Positions 16,636 through 26,882 of a DNA stretch of 30,467 nucleotides are shown here, in pieces (the first letter of the stretch is position 1; the number at the start of each line of letters is the position of its first letter). The translations under genes were made by a program, and so were the position numbers. Below the pieces are notes generated by a model, which worked only from the letters and a program-made list of their open reading frames with translations, was not told where the DNA came from and did not search any database. The DNA comes from a virus (lineage: Duplodnaviria; Caudoviricetes): the IMG/VR virus record IMGVR_UViG_3300023314_000087, positions 1 to 30,467 of that record; one strand, 5' to 3'.

Positions 16636-17107
16636 AGTACGAAAATGGAATAGAATATACAGAGAAATAAAAGCAGTCAGCAGATGTTGGCGTTATGCTG
16701 ATAGGATTTCTTTTGATGAATTGAATGATGTAGTAAATAAGGTAGTAACAAAGCTTTATCAAAAAGAAAAAGATGGTACAGTCATATTAGATGAGTATGA
16801 GAACTACAAACACTATGCATTTATAATAGCTAATAACTATGTTCTGACTGCTTTATTCCAAAAAACACAAATAAAGAAAAATCAAATCCTCAAAAACTAT
16901 GTTGAATTTGATTCTAGAATACATTCAAATCCAATTGAACCTGAATATGATTTTATTAACTCATTAGCAAATTTTGATGGTTTAGAATTAAAGATACTTG
17001 AATTAAAATTTCAAGGTTATGAAACGAAAGAAATTGCAAAAGAAGTTGGTTTTAGCAAAAGTTGGATTACAAGAACATTAAGAGAAATTAAAAGTGAATG
17101 GAATTAA
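16622..17107 (+). CDS. Sigma-factor-like protein (ECF-type, region 4 HTH)
   Basis: LNDVVNKVVTKLY..YAFIIANNY region-2-like segment; LELKILELKFQGYETKEIAKEVGFSKSWITRTLREIK HTH. Confidence 0.65.
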   Translation: MNSIEVRKWNRIYREIKAVSRCWRYADRISFDELNDVVNKVVTKLYQKEKDGTVILDEYENYKHYAFIIANNYVLTALFQKTQIKKNQILKNYVEFDSRIHSNPIEPEYDFINSLANFDGLELKILELKFQGYETKEIAKEVGFSKSWITRTLREIKSEWN

Positions 17108-17132
17108 AAACATTATGCTTTTACTGATAATT
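17108..17132 (+). promoter_or_regulatory. Putative late promoter AAAC-N14-GATAATT
   Basis: aaacattatgcttttactgataatt, upstream of ATG 17149. Confidence 0.7.
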
Positions 17133-17148
17133 CAGGTTAAACGCATTA

Positions 17149-17682
17149 ATGCAACCTCAATCATACATAAGAATTAAAAATGCATTAGCATACTTTGCAA
17201 CCCATCATTTGACCTTAAAAAGGTTTAACTGTTCTTTTAGTGAGCAGCTAGATAATTTTTCAAGTTCAGATAATTCTTTTCCAATTCTTTATTGTGTACC
17301 AAATGATGTATCATTTTTAGAGAATACAGATAGTTATTCATTCAGAATATACTGCCTTGATTTGCTTCAAAAAGACCGTTCTAATGAATCATTTGTACTA
17401 AACAATACTTTGCTAGTGTTAAGAGATTTAGTTAACTGGATAAGGCTAGATAGAGAAAATGAAATAAACATTTCAAATACACCAGTAGCTAGACCAGTAA
17501 ACAATTTCTTAGTTGATTTTAGTTGTGGCTGGTATCTTGATTTAGAAATTGAAGGTGTAGCCTTAGCTAGTGATTGTGCAATACCATTTAGTAACAATTT
17601 TAATCCTGATTCAAATTATATTCTTAGTGAAGATGGATTTATTATTTGTGCTGAAAATGGTGATATGATTGAATGGACATAA
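17149..17682 (+). CDS. Putative tail terminator/completion protein
   Basis: FPILYCVP, YSFRIYCLD, VLNNTLLVLRDL, GWYLDLEI..CAIP; C-terminal YILSEDG motif. Partly a context call. Confidence 0.5.
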   Translation: MQPQSYIRIKNALAYFATHHLTLKRFNCSFSEQLDNFSSSDNSFPILYCVPNDVSFLENTDSYSFRIYCLDLLQKDRSNESFVLNNTLLVLRDLVNWIRLDRENEINISNTPVARPVNNFLVDFSCGWYLDLEIEGVALASDCAIPFSNNFNPDSNYILSEDGFIICAENGDMIEWT

Positions 17683-17708
17683 CAAAAAGATAGAAACATA
17701 AAACCCAA

Positions 17709-19442
17709 ATGGCAAATAAAAAGATTACTCAATTACCATCATCAACAGGTGTAACACTTGAAACAATAATACCAGTTGTTATTGATGGACAAACAGAACA
17801 AACAACACTTCAATCATTAGAAACTCTTTTTGATGATAGTGATTTATATAATCAAATTACTGGATTAGATAATGTAGCTCTATCTGGACTTACAGGTATT
17901 GAAACATTAGCATTAGCTCAAACAGGTACAACATCAGCTTATCAAATAACTTTAGAAGATTTAAAGAGATTATTCATTGATACACCTTATGGTAATGGAA
18001 TTGTATTTGTTGGTGAATCAAGAGACTTTGAAGCGAATGATGAAGGTAAATTAATAGTAGTTGGTTCTGATTCTGGTGAGGTTATTTTAACAATGCCAGA
18101 GGGTCAAATATTTCAAGGTGGTAAAACATCATTAGTATTCCTTACTGCTGGTGGTTATCAAACAGTACCAGATAGTAATATAATCTATCCATTCATTAAA
18201 CAAGGTTCTGCTAATGATAATAATACTCAAGGTCAATTCTTACAATTTTTAAGCTACTATGATGATGAAAAATTAGAATCTGGTTTAGCATTATTATCAT
18301 CATCTGATGGTTATATTTTAGACCCAGCTGATAACACAAAATCATTAACCACTATAAAATACTTGTTTGATAAAGTTGCTAGTTTAACTGCTTCTACTGG
18401 TAGTGATTCATTATTCACAAGTGGTTCAAGTGGCAACTATTCAATAAAAGTTATAAATGATACTGAAACAGATGCTACAGGAAATTATTCAACAGCATTT
18501 GGAATTAGTAATTCAGCATCTGGTACATCGTCATTTGCTATTGGAACTGGTACACACGCTGAAGGTGAAAATTCATTTGCTTCAGGCAATTTAACTACAG
18601 CTAGTGGTGTTAATAGCCACGCTGAAGGTTATCAATCAACAGCTTCAAACTTTACTAGTCACGCTGAAGGATTCCAAACAACAGCTAATGGTATAAATAG
18701 CCATTCTGAAGGAGCTTTAACTGTTGCTAGTGGAAATTATAGCCACGCTCAAAACTATCAAACTACAGCATCAGGTGAACATTCTACAGCTATAGGTTAT
18801 GGCTCAACTGCATCTGGATATGGTTCATTTGCTTATGGGGGTTCTAGAGATAGATATGATGAAAATTTTATTGCTGGTGGTACAGCTAGTGGAATTGGTT
18901 CATTTGCTGGTGGTGGTTTATGTATTGCTAGTGGTAAAGATTCTGTTGCTTTAGGTAGTGCTGCAATTGCTAGTGGTGCTGGTTCATTTGCAATGGGTGG
19001 TACTGAAGGTGGTGATAATGAATCACACACAACAGCTTCAGGTTTAGGTGCATTTGCAATTGGATTTGGTAGTGTAGCAAGTGGTGACCAATCATTTGCT
19101 GGTGGTGGTGATTATGGTAATAGTGATATTACTGGTGGTATAGCTAGTGGTCATAATTCATTTGCATTTGGTCCTGGTTCTAGAGCAACTAATTCATATT
19201 GTACAGCAATAGGTTTTGCAGCAGAATCAAATGGTTACAATACAACTGTAATTGGTAATGGTATTGTAGGTAATGCAGATGGTACATTATACATAAATAA
19301 GTTAAATGTACTGTCTTTACCAGCGTATGATGATGAATCAGCTGCAACATCAGATGGTTTAGAAACTGGAACTATTTATAGAACTACTGGTTCAGGTTCA
19401 GCACCTTTAAATGTAGCTGGTATTTTAATGATTAAATTATAA
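17709..19442 (+). CDS. Fibre/spike protein with YadA-head-like (Hep_Hag) repeats
   Basis: Many 14-residue ASGxxSxAxG repeats in the C-terminal half; N-terminus MANKKITQLP. Confidence 0.75.
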   Translation: MANKKITQLPSSTGVTLETIIPVVIDGQTEQTTLQSLETLFDDSDLYNQITGLDNVALSGLTGIETLALAQTGTTSAYQITLEDLKRLFIDTPYGNGIVFVGESRDFEANDEGKLIVVGSDSGEVILTMPEGQIFQGGKTSLVFLTAGGYQTVPDSNIIYPFIKQGSANDNNTQGQFLQFLSYYDDEKLESGLALLSSSDGYILDPADNTKSLTTIKYLFDKVASLTASTGSDSLFTSGSSGNYSIKVINDTETDATGNYSTAFGISNSASGTSSFAIGTGTHAEGENSFASGNLTTASGVNSHAEGYQSTASNFTSHAEGFQTTANGINSHSEGALTVASGNYSHAQNYQTTASGEHSTAIGYGSTASGYGSFAYGGSRDRYDENFIAGGTASGIGSFAGGGLCIASGKDSVALGSAAIASGAGSFAMGGTEGGDNESHTTASGLGAFAIGFGSVASGDQSFAGGGDYGNSDITGGIASGHNSFAFGPGSRATNSYCTAIGFAAESNGYNTTVIGNGIVGNADGTLYINKLNVLSLPAYDDESAATSDGLETGTIYRTTGSGSAPLNVAGILMIKL

Positions 19443-19816
19443 TGGCAAATAAAAAGATAACACAATTACCGATAACTGATGTAGTAACAAAAGATACTAT
19501 CATTCCAATAGTTGACAATGCTGTAACTAAACATACAACTATTGATAAAATTGGAAATGTATTAAACGTTAAACATAAAATAAAAACAGATAAGGTTATT
19601 GAAGCTGATGATACTGTTGTTATTAGTGGTGATTATTTGATTTTCAAAACAACATTAACTATCAATGAATTTGAATCTGATTATGGTCAATTGTACATTG
19701 GTGGTAATCTAATAATAGCAGATAGTCAAGTAATAAATGATGGTGTAATCAATGTTGCTGGTGGAATTGAATTTATTGGTGATGCTTCAATAATTGGAAA
19801 TGGTGTAATAGTATGA
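19442..19816 (+). CDS. Small putative virion protein sharing its N-terminus with the upstream fibre
   Basis: MANKKITQLP N-terminus and a beta-helix-like Gly/Ile-rich remainder. Confidence 0.55.
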   Translation: MANKKITQLPITDVVTKDTIIPIVDNAVTKHTTIDKIGNVLNVKHKIKTDKVIEADDTVVISGDYLIFKTTLTINEFESDYGQLYIGGNLIIADSQVINDGVINVAGGIEFIGDASIIGNGVIV

Positions 19817-20100
19817 TTCAAGCAAAGGAAATAGCGAATGATTTAACTGATTTATTCAAAAGAATAATAAAGGATAAGAAACTAATTGAAACTGGTAGGC
19901 TATACAATTCTATCAAGTTTACAGCTGTTGAAAATAGTTCAGGTATTAATTTCCAATTGTCAGCCGTTGACTATTTCAAGTTTATTGATGAAAAGTATGG
20001 AGTTACTAAATCAGCTTTAAATAGTAGAGAATATCAAAATATTCAAAATAAGATAGCTGAATACTATACAGCCATTATTACAAAAGAACTAGAAGTATAA
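19813..20100 (+). CDS. Putative tail completion protein (HK97 gp10-like)
   Basis: LIETGRLYNSI resembles the DTGxLRxSI motif. Confidence 0.55.
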   Translation: MIQAKEIANDLTDLFKRIIKDKKLIETGRLYNSIKFTAVENSSGINFQLSAVDYFKFIDEKYGVTKSALNSREYQNIQNKIAEYYTAIITKELEV

Positions 20101-20125
20101 AAACATCTGATTGAAACGGATAATT
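20101..20125 (+). promoter_or_regulatory. Putative late promoter AAAC-N14-GATAATT
   Basis: aaacatctgattgaaacggataatt, upstream of ATG 20143. Confidence 0.7.
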
Positions 20126-20142
20126 CTTATTAAAGAAATTTA

Positions 20143-21570
20143 ATGAGTACAATTATAAAAGGTTATCCAAGTGGTTTTGATTCTGCATTTAATCCAACAT
20201 ATTTTTATTACGACAGTACAAATAAAGGTGAACAAGGCTTTAAGTATGTAATTGATGTTTTAGAAGATGGAACTAGTAATTTAATTTCAAGATTAAAATA
20301 TTTCCCAGCACCTTCTACAGGTTATGCAGTTGCTAATTTGCAACAAATTTTAGCTACTCAAGTTGGTTACTATTTCAATCCAAATCTTAATGGATTTGCA
20401 GCAACACCTCAAAATTATTTTCCTTATAAACTTGAAGTTGGTGAAGAATATATTGCTTATTGGAATTACAATAATAACTATTCAGTTAGTGGTGGTACAA
20501 GAACTGGATTTTCAGCATCAACAGCTACAACACACAACTTTAATGTAAATGATAGACTTTATTTTATACCTACCACAAATTCAACTTATAGTGGTTTATA
20601 TACAGTAACCAATGTACCGAACAACCATACCTTAGAAATTAATAAATTTTACTCAAGTGCTGGTAATGATAGTGGAAAGGTTACAACAGGTGCTAAAACC
20701 TTTTTTAGTGGTCTTTCATCTGCATCTAATTTTGTTGTTTTCAATGGAGTTATAGACCATCAACAATTAGCTAACTTTGATGGATATAATACTTACAATA
20801 TTAATACTGGTTCTACTAAGAAATTATTAACAAACCTACCTGATGAATTTCCAATTAAACTAGATAACAAATGTTATGTAAACTTCTTTACAAATCAGAA
20901 TTACAATATTAGCGGTCTTTATATAAAAACTGATACAGGTGGTGAATACAAAATAAATAACATTTCAACTTCTAGTGTAATGCTTACTATTGGCGTTGCA
21001 CCATCAAATATAACTGCTTCAACCTATTCAACTATTAGTGGTGCAACATCAGCATTTACTGATAATGTATCATCTTATCAAGTTTACTTAGTTGATTCTT
21101 CAAATAATAGGATTAGCGAAATTAAATCATTCGTTATTGATGATAATTGTTCTAGATACACAAACTATGAGTTATTGTTTATGGATAGAAAAGGCGCATT
21201 TTCACCATTTAATTTTGATTTACAATCAACAAGAACTATCAATGTAGAACGTTCACAATATCAATCAACATTAGGTTATCTAAGTGGCTTTAAATGGTCT
21301 TTTGATAGTTCAAGTGTCGGTAATCAAGTATTAAATACATCAGCATCTGAAGAATTAGAATTACAAACAAATTGGTTAACTGAAACACAATCATTTTATT
21401 TTAAGGAGTTGATTAGTTCACCAGTTGTTTTTATAAAAGAAAATGGTAAGTACTGGCCAGTAATAATTAAAACAAATTCTTTACAGGTTTTAACAAAGAA
21501 CAATAAAAAAAATATCCAGTACAAGATAATTGTACAATATGGAAATAACAATTCAATTCAACATTTCTAA
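20143..21570 (+). CDS. Putative distal tail/baseplate protein
   Basis: GFKYVIDV N-terminus; C-terminal LLFMDRKGAF..FNF, LQTNWLTE, ELISSPVVF pattern of Bacteroidota phage tail proteins; Ser/Thr/Asn-rich. Confidence 0.55.
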   Translation: MSTIIKGYPSGFDSAFNPTYFYYDSTNKGEQGFKYVIDVLEDGTSNLISRLKYFPAPSTGYAVANLQQILATQVGYYFNPNLNGFAATPQNYFPYKLEVGEEYIAYWNYNNNYSVSGGTRTGFSASTATTHNFNVNDRLYFIPTTNSTYSGLYTVTNVPNNHTLEINKFYSSAGNDSGKVTTGAKTFFSGLSSASNFVVFNGVIDHQQLANFDGYNTYNINTGSTKKLLTNLPDEFPIKLDNKCYVNFFTNQNYNISGLYIKTDTGGEYKINNISTSSVMLTIGVAPSNITASTYSTISGATSAFTDNVSSYQVYLVDSSNNRISEIKSFVIDDNCSRYTNYELLFMDRKGAFSPFNFDLQSTRTINVERSQYQSTLGYLSGFKWSFDSSSVGNQVLNTSASEELELQTNWLTETQSFYFKELISSPVVFIKENGKYWPVIIKTNSLQVLTKNNKKNIQYKIIVQYGNNNSIQHF

Positions 21571-21572
21571 GT

Positions 21573-23933
21573 ATGGCTAGTGTAACAAAGATTCAATTAA
21601 GTGATAAGGGTTATTTAGATGTACAAGATGATGTGAATATTCCTTTAACGTTTGCATTAAGTGACATCAAGGATATAAGTAAACGTAATAGTAGTTACAG
21701 TAAAACTATTCGTTTAGCTGGTACTTCAAATAACAATATACTGTTAGGTATGATTTTTAATGTAAATGTTTTTGATAGTAGTTTTAATCAAGCAAAAACT
21801 GAAAGATGTACCATATATCAAAATGATGTACCAATTATGAATGGTGTATTTAGATTGAATAATGTAAATATTGATGGTGATAAAATTGATTATGAAGCTG
21901 AAGTAAGAGATGATTCAGGTGATTTCTATTCAACAATTTCAGATAAATTATTAACTGATTTAGAAGGCTTTGAACAATACAATCACATCTATCAACCTTC
22001 AGCTGTATTATATTCATTCAATAATACTTATAGAAATGGTTATAAGTATCACTTAATGTACAATACAAAACCTTGGTACAAGCTAGAAGATTTTACACCA
22101 AATATATTTGCTAAAACTTATTTTGATGCAATTTTTCAAGATGCTGGATTTTCTTATAAATGGGATTCACTTGAAGAATTGAATTTTGATAAACTTATAA
22201 TTCCTTATAATGGAGCTAAACCAGTTACAAACCTTGATTTATATAGATTTCGTGCTGGTATGAATGATGATGGTCAAATTATGACAACTTATTATGATGA
22301 TAGAAAATCTGCAATGAATTTCAATCAAACAAACTTTAATACACCACCATTAAAAAATCCCAATAATTATTACAGTACAACTAGTGGAACGTGGACTAGT
22401 CCTTTTTCAGGTGCAACAAATAAATTTAAAGTAAGATATAACTATGTAAGCTACTTATATAGTCCAGTTAATTTGTATGTTGATTGTAGTATAGCTATTG
22501 GTAACTATTTAGGATATGGTTATTTAAATAGAACTTTGTCACATTACATTGGTGATAGTAACACTAATCAATTTATACCATTAACTAATAGTGTATTTGC
22601 TGAAAGCCACATAAGATTTTCATCAACTGATGGTAATTTATATATTCCAGCTGGTGAACATTTTCCAATGTCAGGTTTAACACCTGAATTTATTGGTGAA
22701 ACAGATTTACAAGTTGGTCAAAAAATTACAAATTATTTAAGTTGTGAAATTAAACGTGGTGCTACTGGTGGTGCAAACAATGGATATTATGACCATCCAC
22801 CATTCAATGCTTCATTTCAATTTAGATATAATAATTCAAGTGGTGCAATAATTCCAGTAACTAGTCCTGATTACCCAGTATTAAGAACTTACATAGGTGC
22901 AGCAATCATAGGTGAAAATATAGATAATGAAAGAGAATATTTTTACAATGAACCAATTGCAACATTTCAACAAGGTATGACTGTAAATATTCCTGATTTT
23001 ATACCAGCTAAAATAAAGCAAAAGGATTTCCTTAAAGCTATTAGCCAAATGTATAACCTATATATAACCCCTTCAAAAGAAAATGATAGACAACTAGTAA
23101 TAAGGACAAGAAATGAATTCTATAATGGTGGTGATGTTAAAGATTGGTCTAATAAATTAGATGTCTCTCAAAATATTAAAGTAGAATTTTTACCTGATTT
23201 ACAGAATAAGAAGATTCTCTTTACTTATAAAGCTGATACAGATTTATTTAATAAAACTTACACAGATACCGTTGGTGAAATTTATGGTCAAGCTGAATAT
23301 ACATTTCAAAGCGAATACGCAAAAGATACTTTGACAATTGGTAACACTTTATTTAGTCCAACGCCTCTAGCAAACAATGGTGGTCAAGTTGATATTTCAT
23401 TATTTCCATCTGTATTTAGTGCTGTAACCACAGATTTAATTGTACCAACTATCAATTGTGGTGAACCAAAAAACAATATTAGAATACTATATGATGGTGG
23501 TAATATAGATGGTGCTTGGGGTTTTAACTATGGAAATTTTGGATATAGTACAACAATCTTTTATGTTACATATCCTTACTTAGGTCATTTTTATCCTAAT
23601 CCAATTTTACCAACTGAAGACCTAAACTGGGGTTTATGTGATTATCAATTTTATGATAATTGGAGTGGTTTAACAAATAACAATTTATACAACAGACATT
23701 ATAGCAGATACATCAATCAAATTGAAACAGGAAAACTATTAACTGGAAAATTTAAACTTGATGAAATTGATATTGTGAATTTAGATTTTAGAGATAAGAT
23801 TTGGTTGAATGATTCTTATTGGTTTATAAACAAAATAACAGATTATAATGCAAATGAAAATGGCTTAACTGCTGTTGAATTAATATCAGTAGATGAGGGT
23901 ACAATCTTTGCACCAAATAATAATATTATATAA
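21573..23933 (+). CDS. Putative baseplate hub/tail tip protein
   Basis: LDV..IPLTFALSDIKDISKRNSSYSKTIRL N-terminus, QKDFLKAISQMYNL, DWSNKLD, and C-terminal LDFRDKIWL..WFINKITDY..VELI. Confidence 0.6.
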   Translation: MASVTKIQLSDKGYLDVQDDVNIPLTFALSDIKDISKRNSSYSKTIRLAGTSNNNILLGMIFNVNVFDSSFNQAKTERCTIYQNDVPIMNGVFRLNNVNIDGDKIDYEAEVRDDSGDFYSTISDKLLTDLEGFEQYNHIYQPSAVLYSFNNTYRNGYKYHLMYNTKPWYKLEDFTPNIFAKTYFDAIFQDAGFSYKWDSLEELNFDKLIIPYNGAKPVTNLDLYRFRAGMNDDGQIMTTYYDDRKSAMNFNQTNFNTPPLKNPNNYYSTTSGTWTSPFSGATNKFKVRYNYVSYLYSPVNLYVDCSIAIGNYLGYGYLNRTLSHYIGDSNTNQFIPLTNSVFAESHIRFSSTDGNLYIPAGEHFPMSGLTPEFIGETDLQVGQKITNYLSCEIKRGATGGANNGYYDHPPFNASFQFRYNNSSGAIIPVTSPDYPVLRTYIGAAIIGENIDNEREYFYNEPIATFQQGMTVNIPDFIPAKIKQKDFLKAISQMYNLYITPSKENDRQLVIRTRNEFYNGGDVKDWSNKLDVSQNIKVEFLPDLQNKKILFTYKADTDLFNKTYTDTVGEIYGQAEYTFQSEYAKDTLTIGNTLFSPTPLANNGGQVDISLFPSVFSAVTTDLIVPTINCGEPKNNIRILYDGGNIDGAWGFNYGNFGYSTTIFYVTYPYLGHFYPNPILPTEDLNWGLCDYQFYDNWSGLTNNNLYNRHYSRYINQIETGKLLTGKFKLDEIDIVNLDFRDKIWLNDSYWFINKITDYNANENGLTAVELISVDEGTIFAPNNNII

Positions 23934-24892
23934 TGAGAACAACAGTAAAAAAAACAGGTGGACGATTCGATTATTTAAGTAATGAGGTTTCTAAACTACA
24001 AACAAATACAGATAATAGATTAGGTCAAAATGTAACTTCAATTCAAATAAATGGAATAGATAATTTTATTCAAGCTGGTTCAACATCAAGTGTAGTTAAT
24101 GGTAATAATAATTCTATTGCTTGTGTAAATTCATCTATTAATGGTACAGGAAATACTGTATCTGTAAAAAATTCAATTTTAATAGGTAATGATAATTCTA
24201 TTAATGGTGATAATGTAATTGCTTTAGGTGTAAGTGGATTAACTGGCTACAGTAATTCAACTTATATTGGTTCACCATCAATTTATTTGGGTGATGTGAA
24301 TAGCGTAATTTATGTTAATGGTGATAATAAAAATGTACTTTATAATTTATGGTCTACAGGTATTAGTGGTGAATCATCATTAAAAACAATTGGAAATAGA
24401 TATACTGAAGCATCTGCTGATTATGCAATGGCAACAGGTACTTATGCAAACGCTTCACACTATGCTGAAATTGCTAGAAGCTCATCAAATCTAGGTCAAT
24501 ATGGTACAGTTTCTTGGGCTGGGTATTCTACAAATGATTCAGCAAAGGAATTGAATCTTGGTAATGGTGATAAGTTTACACTTACAAGTGGTGATACATA
24601 TTTCTTTGAAGTTAAGGCTATTGCTTCAAATCCATCTACAGGTAATGCTAAACAATGGACTGCATCAGCTTTAATTAAAAACATTTCAGGAACTACTTCA
24701 ATTGTAGGTATTCCAATAGTTACATCAGATTATGCAGATTCTGAATTATCAGGTACAGGTATCAGTTTACTAGCAAATGATACAGATGATACTTTGAAAG
24801 TTTCAGTTACTGGAAATACATCAACACATATTAACTGGTTTGTAAAAGGTGATTATATCAAAGTAAACAAAAGCAATATAGCAGATTCTTAA
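23933..24892 (+). CDS. Putative tail fibre/receptor-binding protein
   Basis: Asn/Gly repeats (NGxxN) followed by a beta-rich C-terminal domain; TAATG-coupled to the hub gene. Confidence 0.5.
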   Translation: MRTTVKKTGGRFDYLSNEVSKLQTNTDNRLGQNVTSIQINGIDNFIQAGSTSSVVNGNNNSIACVNSSINGTGNTVSVKNSILIGNDNSINGDNVIALGVSGLTGYSNSTYIGSPSIYLGDVNSVIYVNGDNKNVLYNLWSTGISGESSLKTIGNRYTEASADYAMATGTYANASHYAEIARSSSNLGQYGTVSWAGYSTNDSAKELNLGNGDKFTLTSGDTYFFEVKAIASNPSTGNAKQWTASALIKNISGTTSIVGIPIVTSDYADSELSGTGISLLANDTDDTLKVSVTGNTSTHINWFVKGDYIKVNKSNIADS

Positions 24893-24917
24893 AAACAGAC
24901 GCATCATTTAGATAATT
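24893..24917 (+). promoter_or_regulatory. Putative late promoter AAAC-N14-GATAATT
   Basis: aaacagacgcatcatttagataatt, upstream of ATG 24936. Confidence 0.7.
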
Positions 24918-24935
24918 CTAGGTAAAGCTAGAATA

Positions 24936-26882
24936 ATGAATGATAGAGAAATTCAGTTAAATCTTAAAATAGAATCAGCACAAGCTGCATCATCAGTAAA
25001 GGATATAAAACAAGCCCTAAAAGACCTTAAATCTGAAGCAATTGCTTTTGGTGAAGGTAGCGAAGGTTTTAAAAAGGCTACTAAAGCAGCTGGTGAACTT
25101 GAAGATAAATTAAGTGCTGTAAAAGATGGTATAAAATCATTTAATGCTAGTCCGATTGAAAACATTACAAATTCATTTTCATCATTATTTGTAAAAATTA
25201 GGTCACTTGATTTTGGTGGTGCTAAACAAGAAATTTCAAACTTAACAACTTCAATAAAAGAAGTTGCTAAGGGTATGCTTGGTATAACTGAAGCTACTTC
25301 ATTTGCTTCAAAAGGGTTTAAAATTCTTGGTGGTGCTGTTGCTGCAACAGGTATTGGTTTATTGATTGTAGCTATTACAGTTTTAGTAACTCAATTTGAT
25401 AGCTTATCAAAAAGAACTGGTTTAGTTGGTGACAAATTAAGAGAGTTAACTAAATGGTTTGGTGAACTTAAAGAAAAAGCTTTAGATGGAATAAACAATC
25501 TTGTAAATGGTTTTATAGACCTATACAATAATAGTTTACCAATACGTACTTCTATTCAAGCAATCGTACTAACATTTAAAACACTTGTTGATGCAGTTAT
25601 TACAGGTGGTAAAGTAATCATTGATTATTTTTCTGCTATTGGAAATGCATTCCTATACATTTTCAAAGGAAAAAATCCTTTAGATAGTTTAAAAGAAGGA
25701 TTCAAAAATATCAAAGGTGATATAAAAGACTTCAAAGACAATTTTGTAACAAACTTTAATCAAGCTGCTGATACTGCTGCTAACAGCAAATTAAAACACG
25801 TTGATTTATTTGGTGAAGTAATTAAGGATTCAAAAAAAGATGGTAATAAAGCTGGTACTGAATTCAAAAAAGGTGTAACTGAAAGTATTGGTGAAATAGA
25901 ACTTATTACACCAGCTAGTAAAGCAAAAGCTTTAAAAGAAATGCAAGATTTCTTATCTCAATTTAAACAAAAAGTTGAGATAACTCCAATTACTACATTA
26001 CCTGATTCATTCAAAAAACCTGAACCAATTGTAGTACCCTACAAAATGGAATGGGACAAAGATTCAAAGATTGATGTTGCTTCAACTGCATTAGATAAAC
26101 TATCAGAAAAATTTAAAGAAATAACTGAACAAATTGGTGGCTTTAAAGGTGCTGTAGTTGATGTATTTGGTCAAGCTGCTGCATCAATCAATGAAGCTTT
26201 TAAAGTATTCACAAATGAAGATGCAAGTTTAGGTGACAAAATAAATGCTGGTCTTCAAGTAGCAATGGATGTTGTAAATACTATTGGTAATGCTTTACAA
26301 GAAAAATCGAATGAAAGAATTCAAGCTAATCAACAAGAAACTAGTGAAAGAATAGCAGCGTTAGAACAACAAGCATCAGCTGGTTTAATTAGTGAACAAC
26401 AACTAGCTGAAGGTAAAGATAAAATTAATAAAGAAGCTGCTAAAAAAGACCTTGAATTAAGAAGAAAAGCATTCAATCAAAATAAAGCAATTCAAATTGT
26501 AAATGCAGTTATAGGAACTGCACAAGGTGTTGTATCTGCATTAGCTAATCCATTTCCATTGAATATAGTTATGGCTGCTTTAGCTGGTATTACAGGAGCT
26601 GTAAATATTGGCTTAATTGCTAGTCAAAAATTCCCTGAAGGTGGAACTGCACCTACTGCACCAGTTGCTAAAACTGTTGCAGCACCATCACAAAATTCTA
26701 TTCAAGCTGCTAAACCATCACAAGCATCTTTATATGGTACTGCTAGTAAAGAAAATAACTTAGGCTATCAATCAAATGTAACAGGTAATCAACCAACATT
26801 TTTACGTGCTTATGTAACCGAATCTGATGTAACATCTACTCAAACGAGGGTTAAGAGATACCAAACAGCATCAGAGTTATAA
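24936..26882 (+). CDS. Tail tape measure protein
   Basis: Ala/Lys-rich helical protein with AATGIGLLIVAI, amphipathic repeats, KKDLELRRKAFNQNKA, IASQKF, RAYVTESDVTSTQ. Confidence 0.85.
   Translation: MNDREIQLNLKIESAQAASSVKDIKQALKDLKSEAIAFGEGSEGFKKATKAAGELEDKLSAVKDGIKSFNASPIENITNSFSSLFVKIRSLDFGGAKQEISNLTTSIKEVAKGMLGITEATSFASKGFKILGGAVAATGIGLLIVAITVLVTQFDSLSKRTGLVGDKLRELTKWFGELKEKALDGINNLVNGFIDLYNNSLPIRTSIQAIVLTFKTLVDAVITGGKVIIDYFSAIGNAFLYIFKGKNPLDSLKEGFKNIKGDIKDFKDNFVTNFNQAADTAANSKLKHVDLFGEVIKDSKKDGNKAGTEFKKGVTESIGEIELITPASKAKALKEMQDFLSQFKQKVEITPITTLPDSFKKPEPIVVPYKMEWDKDSKIDVASTALDKLSEKFKEITEQIGGFKGAVVDVFGQAAASINEAFKVFTNEDASLGDKINAGLQVAMDVVNTIGNALQEKSNERIQANQQETSERIAALEQQASAGLISEQQLAEGKDKINKEAAKKDLELRRKAFNQNKAIQIVNAVIGTAQGVVSALANPFPLNIVMAALAGITGAVNIGLIASQKFPEGGTAPTAPVAKTVAAPSQNSIQAAKPSQASLYGTASKENNLGYQSNVTGNQPTFLRAYVTESDVTSTQTRVKRYQTASEL

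Noticed and set aside
18470-19230. Repeats in the fibre gene as a diversity-generating retroelement or shufflon target
   Set aside because: They are ordinary 14-aa YadA-like coding repeats; no reverse transcriptase or template/variable repeat pair was seen.
11227-25165. ORFs 11227-11448, 15651-15908, 17367-17597, 18833-19030, 20363-20548, 24496-24684 and 24953-25165
   Set aside because: Overlap stronger genes on the opposite strand or in another frame.
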